DNA of 64,000 bases from a virus (Duplodnaviria; Caudoviricetes), in IMG/VR virus record IMGVR_UViG_3300017780_002943, positions 3,415 through 67,414 of that record; one strand, given 5' to 3'. Positions within the stretch are counted from its first letter, which is position 1. Each line of letters begins with the position of its first letter. The notes under the pieces were generated by a model. It was given only the letters and a program-made list of their open reading frames with translations, ran no database searches and was not told the DNA's origin. Below, in pieces: positions 1 through 11,067 of the stretch. Position numbers and translations under genes: made by a program.

Positions 1-1
1 T

Positions 2-2362
2 GCTGCAGATGAGAAAAGTAGAAATGCAAACTATTTTACACATGAATGGTATTACTTACAGAAGCTACCTAGATATTATGGTTTATACCCTGCTGAAAGG
101 CTGGATAAAGTTTTTAGTTATTTTCCAGATCCAATTAACGTATCTGCTACAGGTTTATTAGATTGCAACAGTGATTACTTTACGGAGTATTTTACAGTTG
201 ATTATCTTAAGTACCCTATAATTGATACAGCATATGCTACAGGACTTACAGCTGCAGCAACGGCTGATCAGGCACAACCGTTTACCGTGTTTCAGGAGGT
301 ACCTTTTCCAGTAGTTAAACAACTTAGATATTCTACATTAGAAGGTGCATCTAGTCAAAACTTTGCATCTACACTTTTCAGAGGTGTTAAAGTTATTGTA
401 AAAGAAAGAGTTGAAAATCAGATAGTAATTGACTATGATATTTCCTCTATTAAAACAAAGTATAGCACTAGATTTAACGACTATAAATTTTCTTGTGTTT
501 TAATACCACATAATGGTGAGTATGATGGAGTTAAAAGAAAAACTATAGAATATGAATTTGTTGAGAATAGAAAGTTTAAGTCTATTACTTTTTTGATCTA
601 TTTGAAAATAGATGATATACTTTGTCAAACTGAATATTTTGAGAACGATGTATACACTACAGTTGAAAATGATTATATTGATAGAACTATTCTATACGCT
701 TTAAAAAGTAAAGTTACAACATTGGACGCAGGTGTTACACCTACACCGTATGATGATATTATTTTATCAGGCGCAGTAGATGGTGTAAGAACTTTAAACC
801 CGGTTTCTTCTACTAATTCATATTTAGTTGCTAATTCAAACACATCTTTTTTAAGAGGTACATTGAATGCTGCAGGCCAAGAAACACTTTTCATTGAAGA
901 AATTTTAACTAACAAGGATGGCGGATTTAATCAAATATCCGTTCAACCCGATGGTAGTTCAGCGCAGCTTTTCCAAGTTAAGAACGTATTGAATAATGGT
1001 ATAGTTAATGTTGTTGATGACTTAAGTGTATATCCTAGTTTTACTAATGGCTGGTCGTTCCTTTCAGATTTTGCTAAAGAGAATGGTGTTTACACATATC
1101 TTAATGGTGGTTATAATTTCTGGACTAATCGTTTAAATAAAGTATCATTCGGAGCAATACAGGATCTTATTAACCAGGGTGATCCTTCTATAAAGTATAC
1201 AACTGTAATGGAAGATTGTAGTATAGTTCAAAACATGTTTATTGTTGAATTACAAACTGCAAACTATGTTATGAAGTCTAATTATCTTAGATCGTTTGAG
1301 ACAATTGATCGATCTAATACAACTACCGACATCGATGTACTAGTAGGAAATAGACTTGAATTTAGCAGAACTGATTCTAAGATATCTCCTATTTACAGGC
1401 ATATTGGTTACTATCAACCTAAGTTTAAAGATACTTTTTATTTCCTAGATCCTTATACTGTTGATTTAGAAATTGATGTAACAAGTAAAGAATATCTTGT
1501 TAAGTTAAAAATGAAGGATAAGAATACTCAGTTTATGTTTATAAATGATTTTGGTGTAATACCAGATTTTTATATGCATAAAGTGAATGATGTTAACACA
1601 AGTTCTATTACACAGCTTTCGTTAAACTCTTCATTCTTACCTGTATACCCGAAATCAGGTCAGATCTCAATTGACTATAAAGATTTTTATACATTCAAAA
1701 CAAACTGGGATGCTAGTTATTTTCAAAAGTTCTTTGAGAAAAATACAAAGACTGATGTGGCTGGAACTAGAAGTATAATAGAAAAGAGATCTTTCTTTGG
1801 TTCTAAAATAATGAAGATTGAAGATTCAGTTACAATTGAAACGTTTGATGCAATAAGAGCTAATACTGAGGAGGAATTAAATGTTTTAGGTAGAGACATT
1901 TTGAAGCCAGATAATCAATATGAGGTTGTTTACTATGAGGATAGTAGAAAGTTTATACTGGACGTTTACCTAGAAAAAAGAATGATACAAACAATATCTG
2001 AGCTGGGTGTCTATAGCTTTTTTAACCAATACATTAATCCTTTATATGGATTTGGTAGTGAAGAAGACATCATAGATGATGTAAATGGCTACATACAAAC
2101 TAACATTGTTCCTAGATATAAATTAAGTAACCTAAACCTATATGTTTTAAAGTCGGGTAATGTAAAACTTAATCAACAATATCCTGTTGTCAACTCAACC
2201 CTAACTGATGCTCAAAAAATTATCAATGGTTATAAGATTGATAATAATGTACAGTACGTACCACTTAATGGTATTAACAACTTTAATGTAAGGTTGATAT
2301 ATAATAAGACAGCTGGATTCAATTATTCTATTGCACCTAGCTTTAGATTAAATAAAAAATAA
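2..2362 (+). CDS. Large virion structural protein, 5'-truncated (probably baseplate/tail-associated)
   Basis: Frame of the 287..2362 ORF is open back to nt 2, so the GTG at 287 is probably internal; lies directly upstream of the fibre-like gene; no catalytic motif recognised. Confidence 0.4.
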   Translation, partial: AADEKSRNANYFTHEWYYLQKLPRYYGLYPAERLDKVFSYFPDPINVSATGLLDCNSDYFTEYFTVDYLKYPIIDTAYATGLTAAATADQAQPFTVFQEVPFPVVKQLRYSTLEGASSQNFASTLFRGVKVIVKERVENQIVIDYDISSIKTKYSTRFNDYKFSCVLIPHNGEYDGVKRKTIEYEFVENRKFKSITFLIYLKIDDILCQTEYFENDVYTTVENDYIDRTILYALKSKVTTLDAGVTPTPYDDIILSGAVDGVRTLNPVSSTNSYLVANSNTSFLRGTLNAAGQETLFIEEILTNKDGGFNQISVQPDGSSAQLFQVKNVLNNGIVNVVDDLSVYPSFTNGWSFLSDFAKENGVYTYLNGGYNFWTNRLNKVSFGAIQDLINQGDPSIKYTTVMEDCSIVQNMFIVELQTANYVMKSNYLRSFETIDRSNTTTDIDVLVGNRLEFSRTDSKISPIYRHIGYYQPKFKDTFYFLDPYTVDLEIDVTSKEYLVKLKMKDKNTQFMFINDFGVIPDFYMHKVNDVNTSSITQLSLNSSFLPVYPKSGQISIDYKDFYTFKTNWDASYFQKFFEKNTKTDVAGTRSIIEKRSFFGSKIMKIEDSVTIETFDAIRANTEEELNVLGRDILKPDNQYEVVYYEDSRKFILDVYLEKRMIQTISELGVYSFFNQYINPLYGFGSEEDIIDDVNGYIQTNIVPRYKLSNLNLYVLKSGNVKLNQQYPVVNSTLTDAQKIINGYKIDNNVQYVPLNGINNFNVRLIYNKTAGFNYSIAPSFRLNKK

Positions 2363-2367
2363 CGGTA

Positions 2368-5300
2368 ATGGCAAATATAGTAATTAGAGAAATATTGGCG
2401 TCTGATACAGTATCAGATCTGGTGGACAAAGTCAATTTTAATTTCGATCAGCTGTTACTGAATGGAGGTGGACCAGCGGGTCCAATAGGAGGTTCAGGTC
2501 CAGCAGGTCCTCTAGGTCCTAGAGGTTCAATCTGGTTTACAGCGAACGATATTTATAATACATCTACGACAACTACGCCAGATCCTCCTCTAGTCTTCCC
2601 TTTATGGTCTGGTACTCCGCAGAAAGTCAATAACTCTGCGCTTCCTGGATATCCACAATTTGCGTTAGACCCTAATAGATATTTGCCTGCAGCAGAAACT
2701 GTAACAGGTACTTATCCTGAAAACTCATTTATTATAGGAACTACTGGTAAAATACCAAGGTCTGGTGATTTATATCTACAGGAAACCGATGATACATTCG
2801 ACTCACTTTCATCTATTGATGGTGATATCTGGGAATTTAATGGTGTTAACCAGACATGGACTTATACGGGTGTAAATATCAAAGGTGATACAGGTACTAC
2901 CGGTGCTAATGGTTTTACAGAATGGGTTAGAACAAACGACGCCAGCCCTGCGCTAAATGATTTTTTAAGACCAGATATAATTACAGCTAATGACCCTATA
3001 GTAAGGGTTGTAATCGGTGTAGGTGATGCAACACAGGCATCAGATATTATAACCGATGGTAGTGTATACACTGATAATGTTCTTACATTGTTTAGTGAAG
3101 CACCTTCGCTAGGTAATCCTGAATCATATAGATCGCAGATAGCTCTTACTGATGAATATTCAATACAGGCACCTGCTTCTAGCACATATGACTATGCAAA
3201 CATTTATACAGTAAATAATACATTAAACCTTTATGGTTTTAATGATGCAGGTGCTACTAACGATGACTACAATATAAATGTAGTTGCAAGATCAGGTATC
3301 GTACTATTAGAGTCTATTAACCCTGTTCTTACATCTACACAATCTGCTTTATTAAACACAAATTCTAGACAATTCGAAATAACAAATGGTGCACTTTCAG
3401 TATCTGTGCCACCTGTTACACCTTCAAGTGCCAATACAGGCGGTTCTATAGTTACACATAGACTTGCAGATACGAGTGTAGCATTTGATATTACTCATAA
3501 TAGCAATCTATCTTCTAGTTATCCTGGCTATTGGCCAGTAGGTCCACAAGGTAAAAGTATTAGATTATTAACAACTGACCAGAATACTGGTGCCAGCCAA
3601 ACATATCTAAATTTACAGACATTTACTAACGGTAGAATAGGTATAGGTTATTTCGGTGCAGCAGGCATTAATAATGTAAATGGTAAATTAGCAATAAACG
3701 GAGGATCTAGTTACCCTTCAGGTAATAGTGTGTCTAATATAACTTTTCCTGGTATTATAGTTGGTAATACATGGTCAAATTCTACATCAATTACTTTTAA
3801 TAACCCAGGCGGTTCAACTGATCCGGGTATTATAGGTAATTCTATTTTCCTTGAAGGTCAATTATCTTCTGCTAGAAATATAAGTACACCTACACAGTTG
3901 GTAACACTCGGTACATCTGCATTTAATTCTATAAATGTTTACTCTTCGATAAACATGCAACAGGGTATGATAGGTTTTAATAGCTATAAACCCGGTGGCA
4001 CAGGGAAATTGGCATCAATGGGAAGTACAGACGCTGGTGGTAACTGGTATATAGGACCTGGTTCATGGCTTCATCAATACATACCTGCGACTGGAACGAC
4101 AGATAACTTAGTTAACAGCCTTGTTATAGGAGGTAACACTACTAATAATACAACACAGGATTCTACATATGTTAATCTTAGGACGTCTATAATGATAGAC
4201 ACTGTAGAACAGCAGGTTTTATTAAATTCTCAAGCTAGATTTACGCCAGCAGGTAACGTTAGGATGCCTAATTTTATTTCCCACGGTGGTGCTATAATAG
4301 GTAGAGTTAGACCGAGTAATATACCGACATTGATTTTTGGCCATGAGGATGAAATTAGTAATAAGAATGTAATAATTGGTTATCCTTCAGGTACTGCAAC
4401 TCTTTCAACTTCACCTAGAATTATAACAACAACCCCAGGTGATACTTTAGTAAGTAGCAGATCTAATCACACTTATATTGGAACACCTGTATTTAATGGT
4501 AGTTTTAATTTCACACAAAGCGATGAATTAAGAACTGCAACAAATACATCTATAACAAGCTTTAGCGGTGGTGTGTATAACACATATTTCCCATCTTCTT
4601 ATAGTCAGTTTAAGATTATACACGGCGTTAATTACACATTAGCGCCAAGTTCAAGCTTCTTAAGTACTACACAAAATCCATATGATGCTGGTCTAGGCTT
4701 AGAATTAGAATCTAGATCACTTTACTTAGATTATGGAAACCCGGGTGGAGGATATGAAAATATAGCTAGAACACCTATAGTTTTAGGTAGCAGTGGTACT
4801 CAAATTAAGGGAAATAGGTCTTTGTTAGTTACTAAATCTTCAATAACTTCTACAAATAACATTACCACATATTCACCTATTGTATTATTTGAAATAGCAC
4901 CTACTAATCATGTGGCAATAGGTAAAGCAATAGTCTTTCCTTTAAAATCGGTAAATGTAGGAGCAACAAGCTTGAAGTCTGCTACGCCTGGAGGCGGTGC
5001 TGCAGATACTACTATTACTATTAGTAATATAGTTACTAATTTAACATCAACTAATGCGGGTAGATGGGCAGATATTTCTCAAGGTATTACTGTTATAACA
5101 CCCGATACCAGTAGAAGTTTACTTATTAGTAGAATTAGCGTAGGATCAAGACCATCGGGTAATATGCTCGACCTAGATCAAAATGCTTTTGATATTCAAG
5201 CCGGAATTACTATTGATTTAGGAGCATATATAACAGGCACAACATCAAGTATTTTACCCGCATTATTACAATCTTATAAAAATAGTGTAAGTCCTAATTC

Positions 5301-6678
5301 TGCGTCTATAACTTCATCTAATATAGCATACAGCTCAAAGTCAGGTAATCCCGCATACGGTTTATTAACAGGTGCACCATTAGGTATAAAACCAGGGTAT
5401 ATTGTACACGATGACGTTGGTACAGGAACTTCATCTAGATTTATGAAAGGTGTAGACACTTTTATAGAAGGTGGTGATTTATTTTATAGCGGTAGTCAAT
5501 ACCCATTCGATGGAATGAATGCTGGTGATGTTTATTTGTCAGGTGGTCAAACATATAAAGAATTTTTAGGAGTTTCAGGTGGTATTTCAGGTTTCGGTGA
5601 TCCTGTCGTTGATTTTTCTGATTCTAACTTTGGTAATGTTTATTTAGCCACGCGATTAACTAGTTATTCAAACGCTTCATATACCGCACCCGGACCTTCA
5701 CGTGCAGGTAATGTATATGTTGGTTATAGTTCGGATGTTGCTGGTAATTTTAAAGCCAATGTATTTAGGCCTACAGGTAATGCATTGTTGAATGTTTCAG
5801 CACCTACGCAATCTGTTGAAAGTGTTTCAATTCCTATTGACGCTCAAGCTGCAGGAAGAGCTATAAACATTCAAAGAGGTGATATAGTTACTAGGAACCA
5901 AGATGCAGGCTGGACTGAAATAAATCTTGTAGATACCCAATTTATAAATCAAGTTGGTCAGCAAGGTGGATCTAATATATTTGAAAGTGAGAATATATTT
6001 TGTTATAACGGAGCTAATATTGGAGCTAAAACTTATTTTCCAACTTCATCAGTATTTGGTTATAATATAAACCCACAATGGAAAATTAGATATAAAGTAA
6101 TAGGTTATACTGTACATTATATTATATCACTTGTCGCTCTTAGATGGACTGTTATAGCGTCTAACGCAGCCAAGGGAGATCTTATTTTTCTAACGAATGC
6201 TAATAATTTATTTAGCACAAATCCTAATACGAGTTTATTACCTAGACCTAAATTAGGTTGGACATCTGCATACCCGGCAGTCGGCCAATCATTTAATATG
6301 CCGTTTAATCAAGAATCAGCGTCCTTTAGTGGTAGCGGTCATATGTATTTACATCAAAGCCCAACTGATGCAAACTTCCCATGGACAAATGTAGGTCTTC
6401 TTGGACCAATTACTGTAACACCGATCGCTGCAGCATATGATTTTTCTCAAGATAGAATTACTATTTATAAATCAGGATCTTCTATGTTTATGAGTGATAC
6501 TGCTACTGATTATTCCAACCAAGGTGTTGAAAGATACCTATCTAGCAGATTTTTAATTCCTCTAAATGGTCGAAATATGGGTGATAGTTCAAACGCTGCA
6601 GTAGGTACACAGATACCTGTAGACGTTTATATAAGCGGTACATATGAATTAGACCCTCAATACTGGTTCCCTTCTTAA
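2368..6678 (+). CDS. Putative tail fibre / receptor-binding structural protein (1436 aa)
   Basis: N-terminal Gly-X-Y triplets (GPAGPIGGSGPAGPLGPRG; GDTGTTGANG), then a long G/S/T/N-rich beta-type sequence. Confidence 0.6.
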   Translation: MANIVIREILASDTVSDLVDKVNFNFDQLLLNGGGPAGPIGGSGPAGPLGPRGSIWFTANDIYNTSTTTTPDPPLVFPLWSGTPQKVNNSALPGYPQFALDPNRYLPAAETVTGTYPENSFIIGTTGKIPRSGDLYLQETDDTFDSLSSIDGDIWEFNGVNQTWTYTGVNIKGDTGTTGANGFTEWVRTNDASPALNDFLRPDIITANDPIVRVVIGVGDATQASDIITDGSVYTDNVLTLFSEAPSLGNPESYRSQIALTDEYSIQAPASSTYDYANIYTVNNTLNLYGFNDAGATNDDYNINVVARSGIVLLESINPVLTSTQSALLNTNSRQFEITNGALSVSVPPVTPSSANTGGSIVTHRLADTSVAFDITHNSNLSSSYPGYWPVGPQGKSIRLLTTDQNTGASQTYLNLQTFTNGRIGIGYFGAAGINNVNGKLAINGGSSYPSGNSVSNITFPGIIVGNTWSNSTSITFNNPGGSTDPGIIGNSIFLEGQLSSARNISTPTQLVTLGTSAFNSINVYSSINMQQGMIGFNSYKPGGTGKLASMGSTDAGGNWYIGPGSWLHQYIPATGTTDNLVNSLVIGGNTTNNTTQDSTYVNLRTSIMIDTVEQQVLLNSQARFTPAGNVRMPNFISHGGAIIGRVRPSNIPTLIFGHEDEISNKNVIIGYPSGTATLSTSPRIITTTPGDTLVSSRSNHTYIGTPVFNGSFNFTQSDELRTATNTSITSFSGGVYNTYFPSSYSQFKIIHGVNYTLAPSSSFLSTTQNPYDAGLGLELESRSLYLDYGNPGGGYENIARTPIVLGSSGTQIKGNRSLLVTKSSITSTNNITTYSPIVLFEIAPTNHVAIGKAIVFPLKSVNVGATSLKSATPGGGAADTTITISNIVTNLTSTNAGRWADISQGITVITPDTSRSLLISRISVGSRPSGNMLDLDQNAFDIQAGITIDLGAYITGTTSSILPALLQSYKNSVSPNSASITSSNIAYSSKSGNPAYGLLTGAPLGIKPGYIVHDDVGTGTSSRFMKGVDTFIEGGDLFYSGSQYPFDGMNAGDVYLSGGQTYKEFLGVSGGISGFGDPVVDFSDSNFGNVYLATRLTSYSNASYTAPGPSRAGNVYVGYSSDVAGNFKANVFRPTGNALLNVSAPTQSVESVSIPIDAQAAGRAINIQRGDIVTRNQDAGWTEINLVDTQFINQVGQQGGSNIFESENIFCYNGANIGAKTYFPTSSVFGYNINPQWKIRYKVIGYTVHYIISLVALRWTVIASNAAKGDLIFLTNANNLFSTNPNTSLLPRPKLGWTSAYPAVGQSFNMPFNQESASFSGSGHMYLHQSPTDANFPWTNVGLLGPITVTPIAAAYDFSQDRITIYKSGSSMFMSDTATDYSNQGVERYLSSRFLIPLNGRNMGDSSNAAVGTQIPVDVYISGTYELDPQYWFPS

Positions 6679-6695
6679 TTTTTAATAAATAATAC

Positions 6696-6941
6696 ATGAA
6701 AAAGCAATTAGACCTAGAAGAACAGTTAACAATAGCTAGCCTGATGGATGATTATAGAAATATCCATGATGAAATAAATAAAGTTGAAAAGAAACTTACA
6801 CTTCTAAGTAAAAAACAAGAAAAGCTTTCAATTGATCTAGATAATGCTAGACAAAATGAGAAAAACTTTGGTGATTACTTAAAACAAAAATACGGTCCCG
6901 GTAAATTAGATACCATGACCTTAGAATATACAGTTGAATAA
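6696..6941 (+). CDS. Hypothetical coiled-coil protein (81 aa)
   Basis: Heptad-like helical ORF; TAATG stop/start coupling to the next gene. Confidence 0.6.
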   Translation: MKKQLDLEEQLTIASLMDDYRNIHDEINKVEKKLTLLSKKQEKLSIDLDNARQNEKNFGDYLKQKYGPGKLDTMTLEYTVE

Positions 6942-9349
6942 TGGCATCTACATCTAAATATCTACAACTTAATTCACAGATACTTCTTGAGTATATCTAC
7001 CAAGACCCATCTGCACCTACAGTGATCGACACAGATCTGAATGGTGCACGTTGTATGATATTGGATAATAGCTATACTGGTACTAATTTTCTTTTTACTG
7101 AAGATAATCCTTATGTACCGACTGGTAACTATAGAACATATAGTGCAATACCTATCAATAGTAAAAGAACTAGATACGCGTACTTAACTACGAATGTGCC
7201 GCTTAACTATCTAGACTATGATACTAATCTACCGGATGTAGCCAGTCTTTTAGCACAATTAACTACACCACCTAACGTACCAACTGAAGCACTTCAATAC
7301 GATACAATTCGATTACATCTTATTTCAGGTTATTCAATTGCTACACAGGGTGATGGTTTTATATTTGAAGCACAGTTTACAGATAAGGCAGGTAAGAAAC
7401 AAAACTTAACCTCTATTGCCTATCTGAATACTGACAGCTATGAAACCTTAAATCCTGATGAGTTTGTAGTAGGTGAAAGATTGTATACAAGATATATTGA
7501 AATTAAGATACCCGCAGTAAGCTATCTTAATGATGTTACTATATCTAATCCTAACGTACCGACTACGTTATCTTATTTGATGAGTTATGGTAAAGGTGTT
7601 CAGCCTACTTCCATGATTGACTTTTCACTTAAGACAATTACAACAACTGAGGTAGTTAATGGTTATAAGTTCTTTATTACTGGTAATAATGTTACAACAT
7701 CTATTAGTAGAACAGATGAATACACTGGCCTTTCTGCTGTAGTGCAGGAGTCGACTTCAGGTGATTATTTCGAACTGTATGGTGAGTATAATGGCGATAT
7801 CTACGAAGATTTCATTGTAACCCTAGACCAGCAGGCTAATACCAAGATTGTAGTATTCCATGACATCAAGGTTATTGAACAGGTTGGTAGTAGTTTCTTA
7901 AAGACCAGTGAAAACTCATTCCTACAGAGTGATAATTTTGGAGTGTCCTATAAGTTTAGACCGATAGTCTTAAACTCTGCTATAGCAACTTCATATCAAA
8001 TTGAGTACACACTTAGAATATACAATACCTATGATAACTCTCAGATATTGAGACAGGCGCAGTATTCAAGTTTTGATGTTAAGAAATATGGTAGAAGAAT
8101 ACGTAAGATAAATTTAGGACTTGAGCCAAATGTAGCTAAGGTTTATAATGTCCTGCCTGATAATAAACCTGTTGTGAACTTGACTAACTATAACAGAATG
8201 AATCTACAGGTACAGGGTCAAGCACCGGTTGTACAGACAGAGTTTGTTACAAGTTTTGTAGATAGAAATAGAATCAGTGCTAGTGTATCAGCAGTTAAAA
8301 TAGTTCCTGCAACTGTACAGCAAGGTGATGTTATACCTACAGCTGCAGGTGAATCAACAAGTTTCTCTGATATTCCACTTAAGATACAACAGATATCTGA
8401 AACTGATAAAGTTTATCAACAGGGTGAAGCACCTATTGGAGTATCACCTTTCGATAACTTCTATCAATTTATCATTTATAATAACGCGGTATCAACAGCT
8501 TTAGGCGTTGGAGAACCGCAGCTTCTAGACTTAACACAAGTTGGTACAGTTTATATCAACTTTTTTGATAAAGCTACAGGCCTAAAGATAAAGCTTAAGA
8601 GCTATACAAATATAAAAGACTTGAATCCAGCTAATGGTGAAGTCGTATTTAAGATACCGGCTGAAGAGTCTAGTAAAATCTTAGGTATGAAAGACAAGAA
8701 CTATTATTTGTCTACAGTATTAGAAACAGGCGGTGGTACAAGCGAAGAAACACTTCTTTATAATGGTATGTGGTTTAGTGTTGAAGAGAAAAATACTAAA
8801 GTAGCATCTGACGTTATTGAAGATTTACAGACTTCATTTGCGGATTTAGGTGAGGCTTCAACTGCAATTATAACTTCTAGAGACGCAGAGATCGCAGCAC
8901 TTAAAGCTGAGATTGATTATCAGAAACAATATATTAGTGGATTAGAGGCTAAAGTCTCAGAATTTGGTGGTGACCTTGCTGCAGTTCAATCTTCTCTATC
9001 ACAGGCTCAAGATGCTATAGCACAGCAGCAGACGATATATGAACAGGTAATTGCCGGTATTACTAATTCTAGCAATGATCTTTTACAAAGTATTATAGCT
9101 TCTACAACTACTGCTAATAGTAATGCTGGATCAAAGGACCCTAATGTAGTATACATTAATGGTCAGCCTGTTAGCCCAAATCCTAATTACGGTAATACTA
9201 ATTCAAATCAAAACCAAGGTGATAAAGCAACTTCTGAATATATTCTTCAACAACAAAAGGGTATAAGTAGCTCAAACGTGGTTATAAACAATGGTGATGG
9301 TACTAAATCCGGTTCAATTAACCAGAGTGATAACACTAAGGGATTATAA
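6941..9349 (+). CDS. Putative virion structural protein with C-terminal coiled coil (802 aa)
   Basis: Long ORF among structural genes; beta-rich N-part, coiled coil near aa 620-710, N/S/Q-rich tail. Confidence 0.45.
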   Translation: MASTSKYLQLNSQILLEYIYQDPSAPTVIDTDLNGARCMILDNSYTGTNFLFTEDNPYVPTGNYRTYSAIPINSKRTRYAYLTTNVPLNYLDYDTNLPDVASLLAQLTTPPNVPTEALQYDTIRLHLISGYSIATQGDGFIFEAQFTDKAGKKQNLTSIAYLNTDSYETLNPDEFVVGERLYTRYIEIKIPAVSYLNDVTISNPNVPTTLSYLMSYGKGVQPTSMIDFSLKTITTTEVVNGYKFFITGNNVTTSISRTDEYTGLSAVVQESTSGDYFELYGEYNGDIYEDFIVTLDQQANTKIVVFHDIKVIEQVGSSFLKTSENSFLQSDNFGVSYKFRPIVLNSAIATSYQIEYTLRIYNTYDNSQILRQAQYSSFDVKKYGRRIRKINLGLEPNVAKVYNVLPDNKPVVNLTNYNRMNLQVQGQAPVVQTEFVTSFVDRNRISASVSAVKIVPATVQQGDVIPTAAGESTSFSDIPLKIQQISETDKVYQQGEAPIGVSPFDNFYQFIIYNNAVSTALGVGEPQLLDLTQVGTVYINFFDKATGLKIKLKSYTNIKDLNPANGEVVFKIPAEESSKILGMKDKNYYLSTVLETGGGTSEETLLYNGMWFSVEEKNTKVASDVIEDLQTSFADLGEASTAIITSRDAEIAALKAEIDYQKQYISGLEAKVSEFGGDLAAVQSSLSQAQDAIAQQQTIYEQVIAGITNSSNDLLQSIIASTTTANSNAGSKDPNVVYINGQPVSPNPNYGNTNSNQNQGDKATSEYILQQQKGISSSNVVINNGDGTKSGSINQSDNTKGL

Positions 9350-9363
9350 AACAATAATTAAAA

Positions 9364-9915
9364 ATGCTATTAAACGCTAGGGATAATTTATTTCAATTTG
9401 GTTTTCCAAGAACTTTTATACCAAAGGAAGTTGCAGATAAGTATAGACAATATCTAAACAGAATACCTGGTAACATAATTGAGGAACCAATTGATTTTAT
9501 AAACTATACTATACAGTCTATCAATTTTCCAGGTATGGGTTTTGATCCAGTTCAACAGGCTCAATATCCAGGTAGACAGATTCTATTTAGATCAAGCTTG
9601 CCAGTACAGGAATTATTCCAGAAAGAGCTTACTGTTACATTTCAGTTAGTTGATGGTTACATTAACTATTGGATCCTGTTAGATACATTAACCTATTACT
9701 ACAATTTCTCTACAGAGAAACCATACTCTGAAGCTTTAAACCTTCGTATACTTGATAGTGAAGGTAACGGTTTGGTAACAGCGACAATGAAAAAGACCCT
9801 AATCAAGAGTATTAGTGACTTGCAAATGAGCTTTGCGAGCAATGTAGCCGAGTTCAAAACTTTTGATCTTAGTATAGCCTATAATGAGTTAGAGGTCAGG
9901 GTTGAATTAGACTAA
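9364..9915 (+). CDS. Tail-tube-fold protein, T4 gp3 (tube terminator)-like
   Basis: QSINFPG...LTVTFQLVDGYINYW pattern resembles the gp3/gp19 family; size 183 aa. Confidence 0.5.
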   Translation: MLLNARDNLFQFGFPRTFIPKEVADKYRQYLNRIPGNIIEEPIDFINYTIQSINFPGMGFDPVQQAQYPGRQILFRSSLPVQELFQKELTVTFQLVDGYINYWILLDTLTYYYNFSTEKPYSEALNLRILDSEGNGLVTATMKKTLIKSISDLQMSFASNVAEFKTFDLSIAYNELEVRVELD

Positions 9916-9921
9916 TATATA
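9914..9921 (+). promoter_or_regulatory. Putative late promoter AATATATA
   Basis: Recurrent RATATATA motif, 18 nt before ATG 9940. Confidence 0.55.
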
Positions 9922-9939
9922 GATAAACAAGTAACAAGA

Positions 9940-10302
9940 ATGAAGACTTATAACGATTTCATAAAAGAAAGTTTAACCTACAGCGATGAGATTGTAGCCT
10001 TGAATGAAAGTTATATCACTGAACTTACAGCAGAGCAGGAAAAACAAGTTGATGAGGCTATAGATCGTTTCATTAATGAGTATCTTAATAGTGGTAAAAC
10101 TATGGAAGACCTGCAGCAGGATATTATGAATGAAGGTTTTATAGGTTCTATTCTTGGTGGTCTTGCAGGTTTTGCACTTGGTAGCTCAGTTGGTAAAATT
10201 ATAGCTAAAGTACTAGGCGTAGGCCCAGGTATACTTTATGATATGCTTACCAGTCGTCTTGTTGGTGCAGCTTTAGGCTCAGCACTTGGTTCACGTATCT
10301 AA
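9940..10302 (+). CDS. Putative internal head protein: CTS-like N-terminus plus hydrophobic glycine-zipper C-terminus
   Basis: Starts MKTYNDFIKE (7/10 identical to T4 IP CTS MKTYQEFIAE); several I/L/M-x-E sites; C-terminal GxxxG-rich stretch. Confidence 0.6.
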   Translation: MKTYNDFIKESLTYSDEIVALNESYITELTAEQEKQVDEAIDRFINEYLNSGKTMEDLQQDIMNEGFIGSILGGLAGFALGSSVGKIIAKVLGVGPGILYDMLTSRLVGAALGSALGSRI

Positions 10303-10323
10303 TAACCCTTTAATCTTATTTTT

Positions 10324-11001
10324 ATGTTTGTTGGTATCGACTTTTCTATAAACTCACCAGGTATATGCATTATCCATGGGGATCAATGTCACTGGATTAG
10401 TAATTCAATAGGTCCTAAAACTAAAGCAGAAACTTCTTATGTAGATCGTATTAAGAATTGCGCTGACGTGTCTTATATTCAATTTGAGAGTACTACATCA
10501 TCACAAGAAAGCATTGACAGCTACAGTGATAATGAGTATCATAAAATCATCCGTTACATTAGCAGGGCTAATCAAATACGTGAAATAATCTTCAACACCG
10601 TAGAAGGTCTTAACTATACAGGGCCGATACATTTTGGATTTGAGGGTTTCTCCTATGGTTCTAATACAAACAACATTATTGATATTGCAATTGCAACCGG
10701 CTTTCTAAAGGAGAGATTGATTGAGTATTGCTCTACCCATAATATTGATATGACACTTGACGTTATGGCACCTGGTACTATTAAAAAGCATGCAGGCTCT
10801 GGTCGTTATAATAAAAAAGAGATGTACGAAGTCTTTGCCGAGAATAGACACTCTGATGGTAAGCTAGAAAAATCTGACTTCTGGAATTTAGCCCAATCTA
10901 TAAGAGGCCTGAAGAAGTTACCAAAGCCGACTGACGACTTGATAGACTCTTACTTTGTAGCAAATGCTCTGATGGGGAAATATGTTAGCCTGGCTACCTA
11001 G
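10324..11001 (+). CDS. RuvC-like (RNase H fold) Holliday junction resolvase
   Basis: FVGIDFS, FEGFSYGS and DDLIDSY acidic catalytic motifs. Confidence 0.75.
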   Translation: MFVGIDFSINSPGICIIHGDQCHWISNSIGPKTKAETSYVDRIKNCADVSYIQFESTTSSQESIDSYSDNEYHKIIRYISRANQIREIIFNTVEGLNYTGPIHFGFEGFSYGSNTNNIIDIAIATGFLKERLIEYCSTHNIDMTLDVMAPGTIKKHAGSGRYNKKEMYEVFAENRHSDGKLEKSDFWNLAQSIRGLKKLPKPTDDLIDSYFVANALMGKYVSLAT

Positions 11002-11036
11002 AGACTAGTCCTACCTAGGGAATTAAGAACTTAATT

Positions 11037-11067
11037 ATTGTACACAGCCATAGAGGTATTGTTTCAA
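11037..11067 (-). promoter_or_regulatory. Putative TTGAAAC-class promoter facing antisense into the resolvase gene
   Basis: Minus strand reads TTGAAA-N19-TACAAT, the same architecture as five plus-strand sites. Confidence 0.45.
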
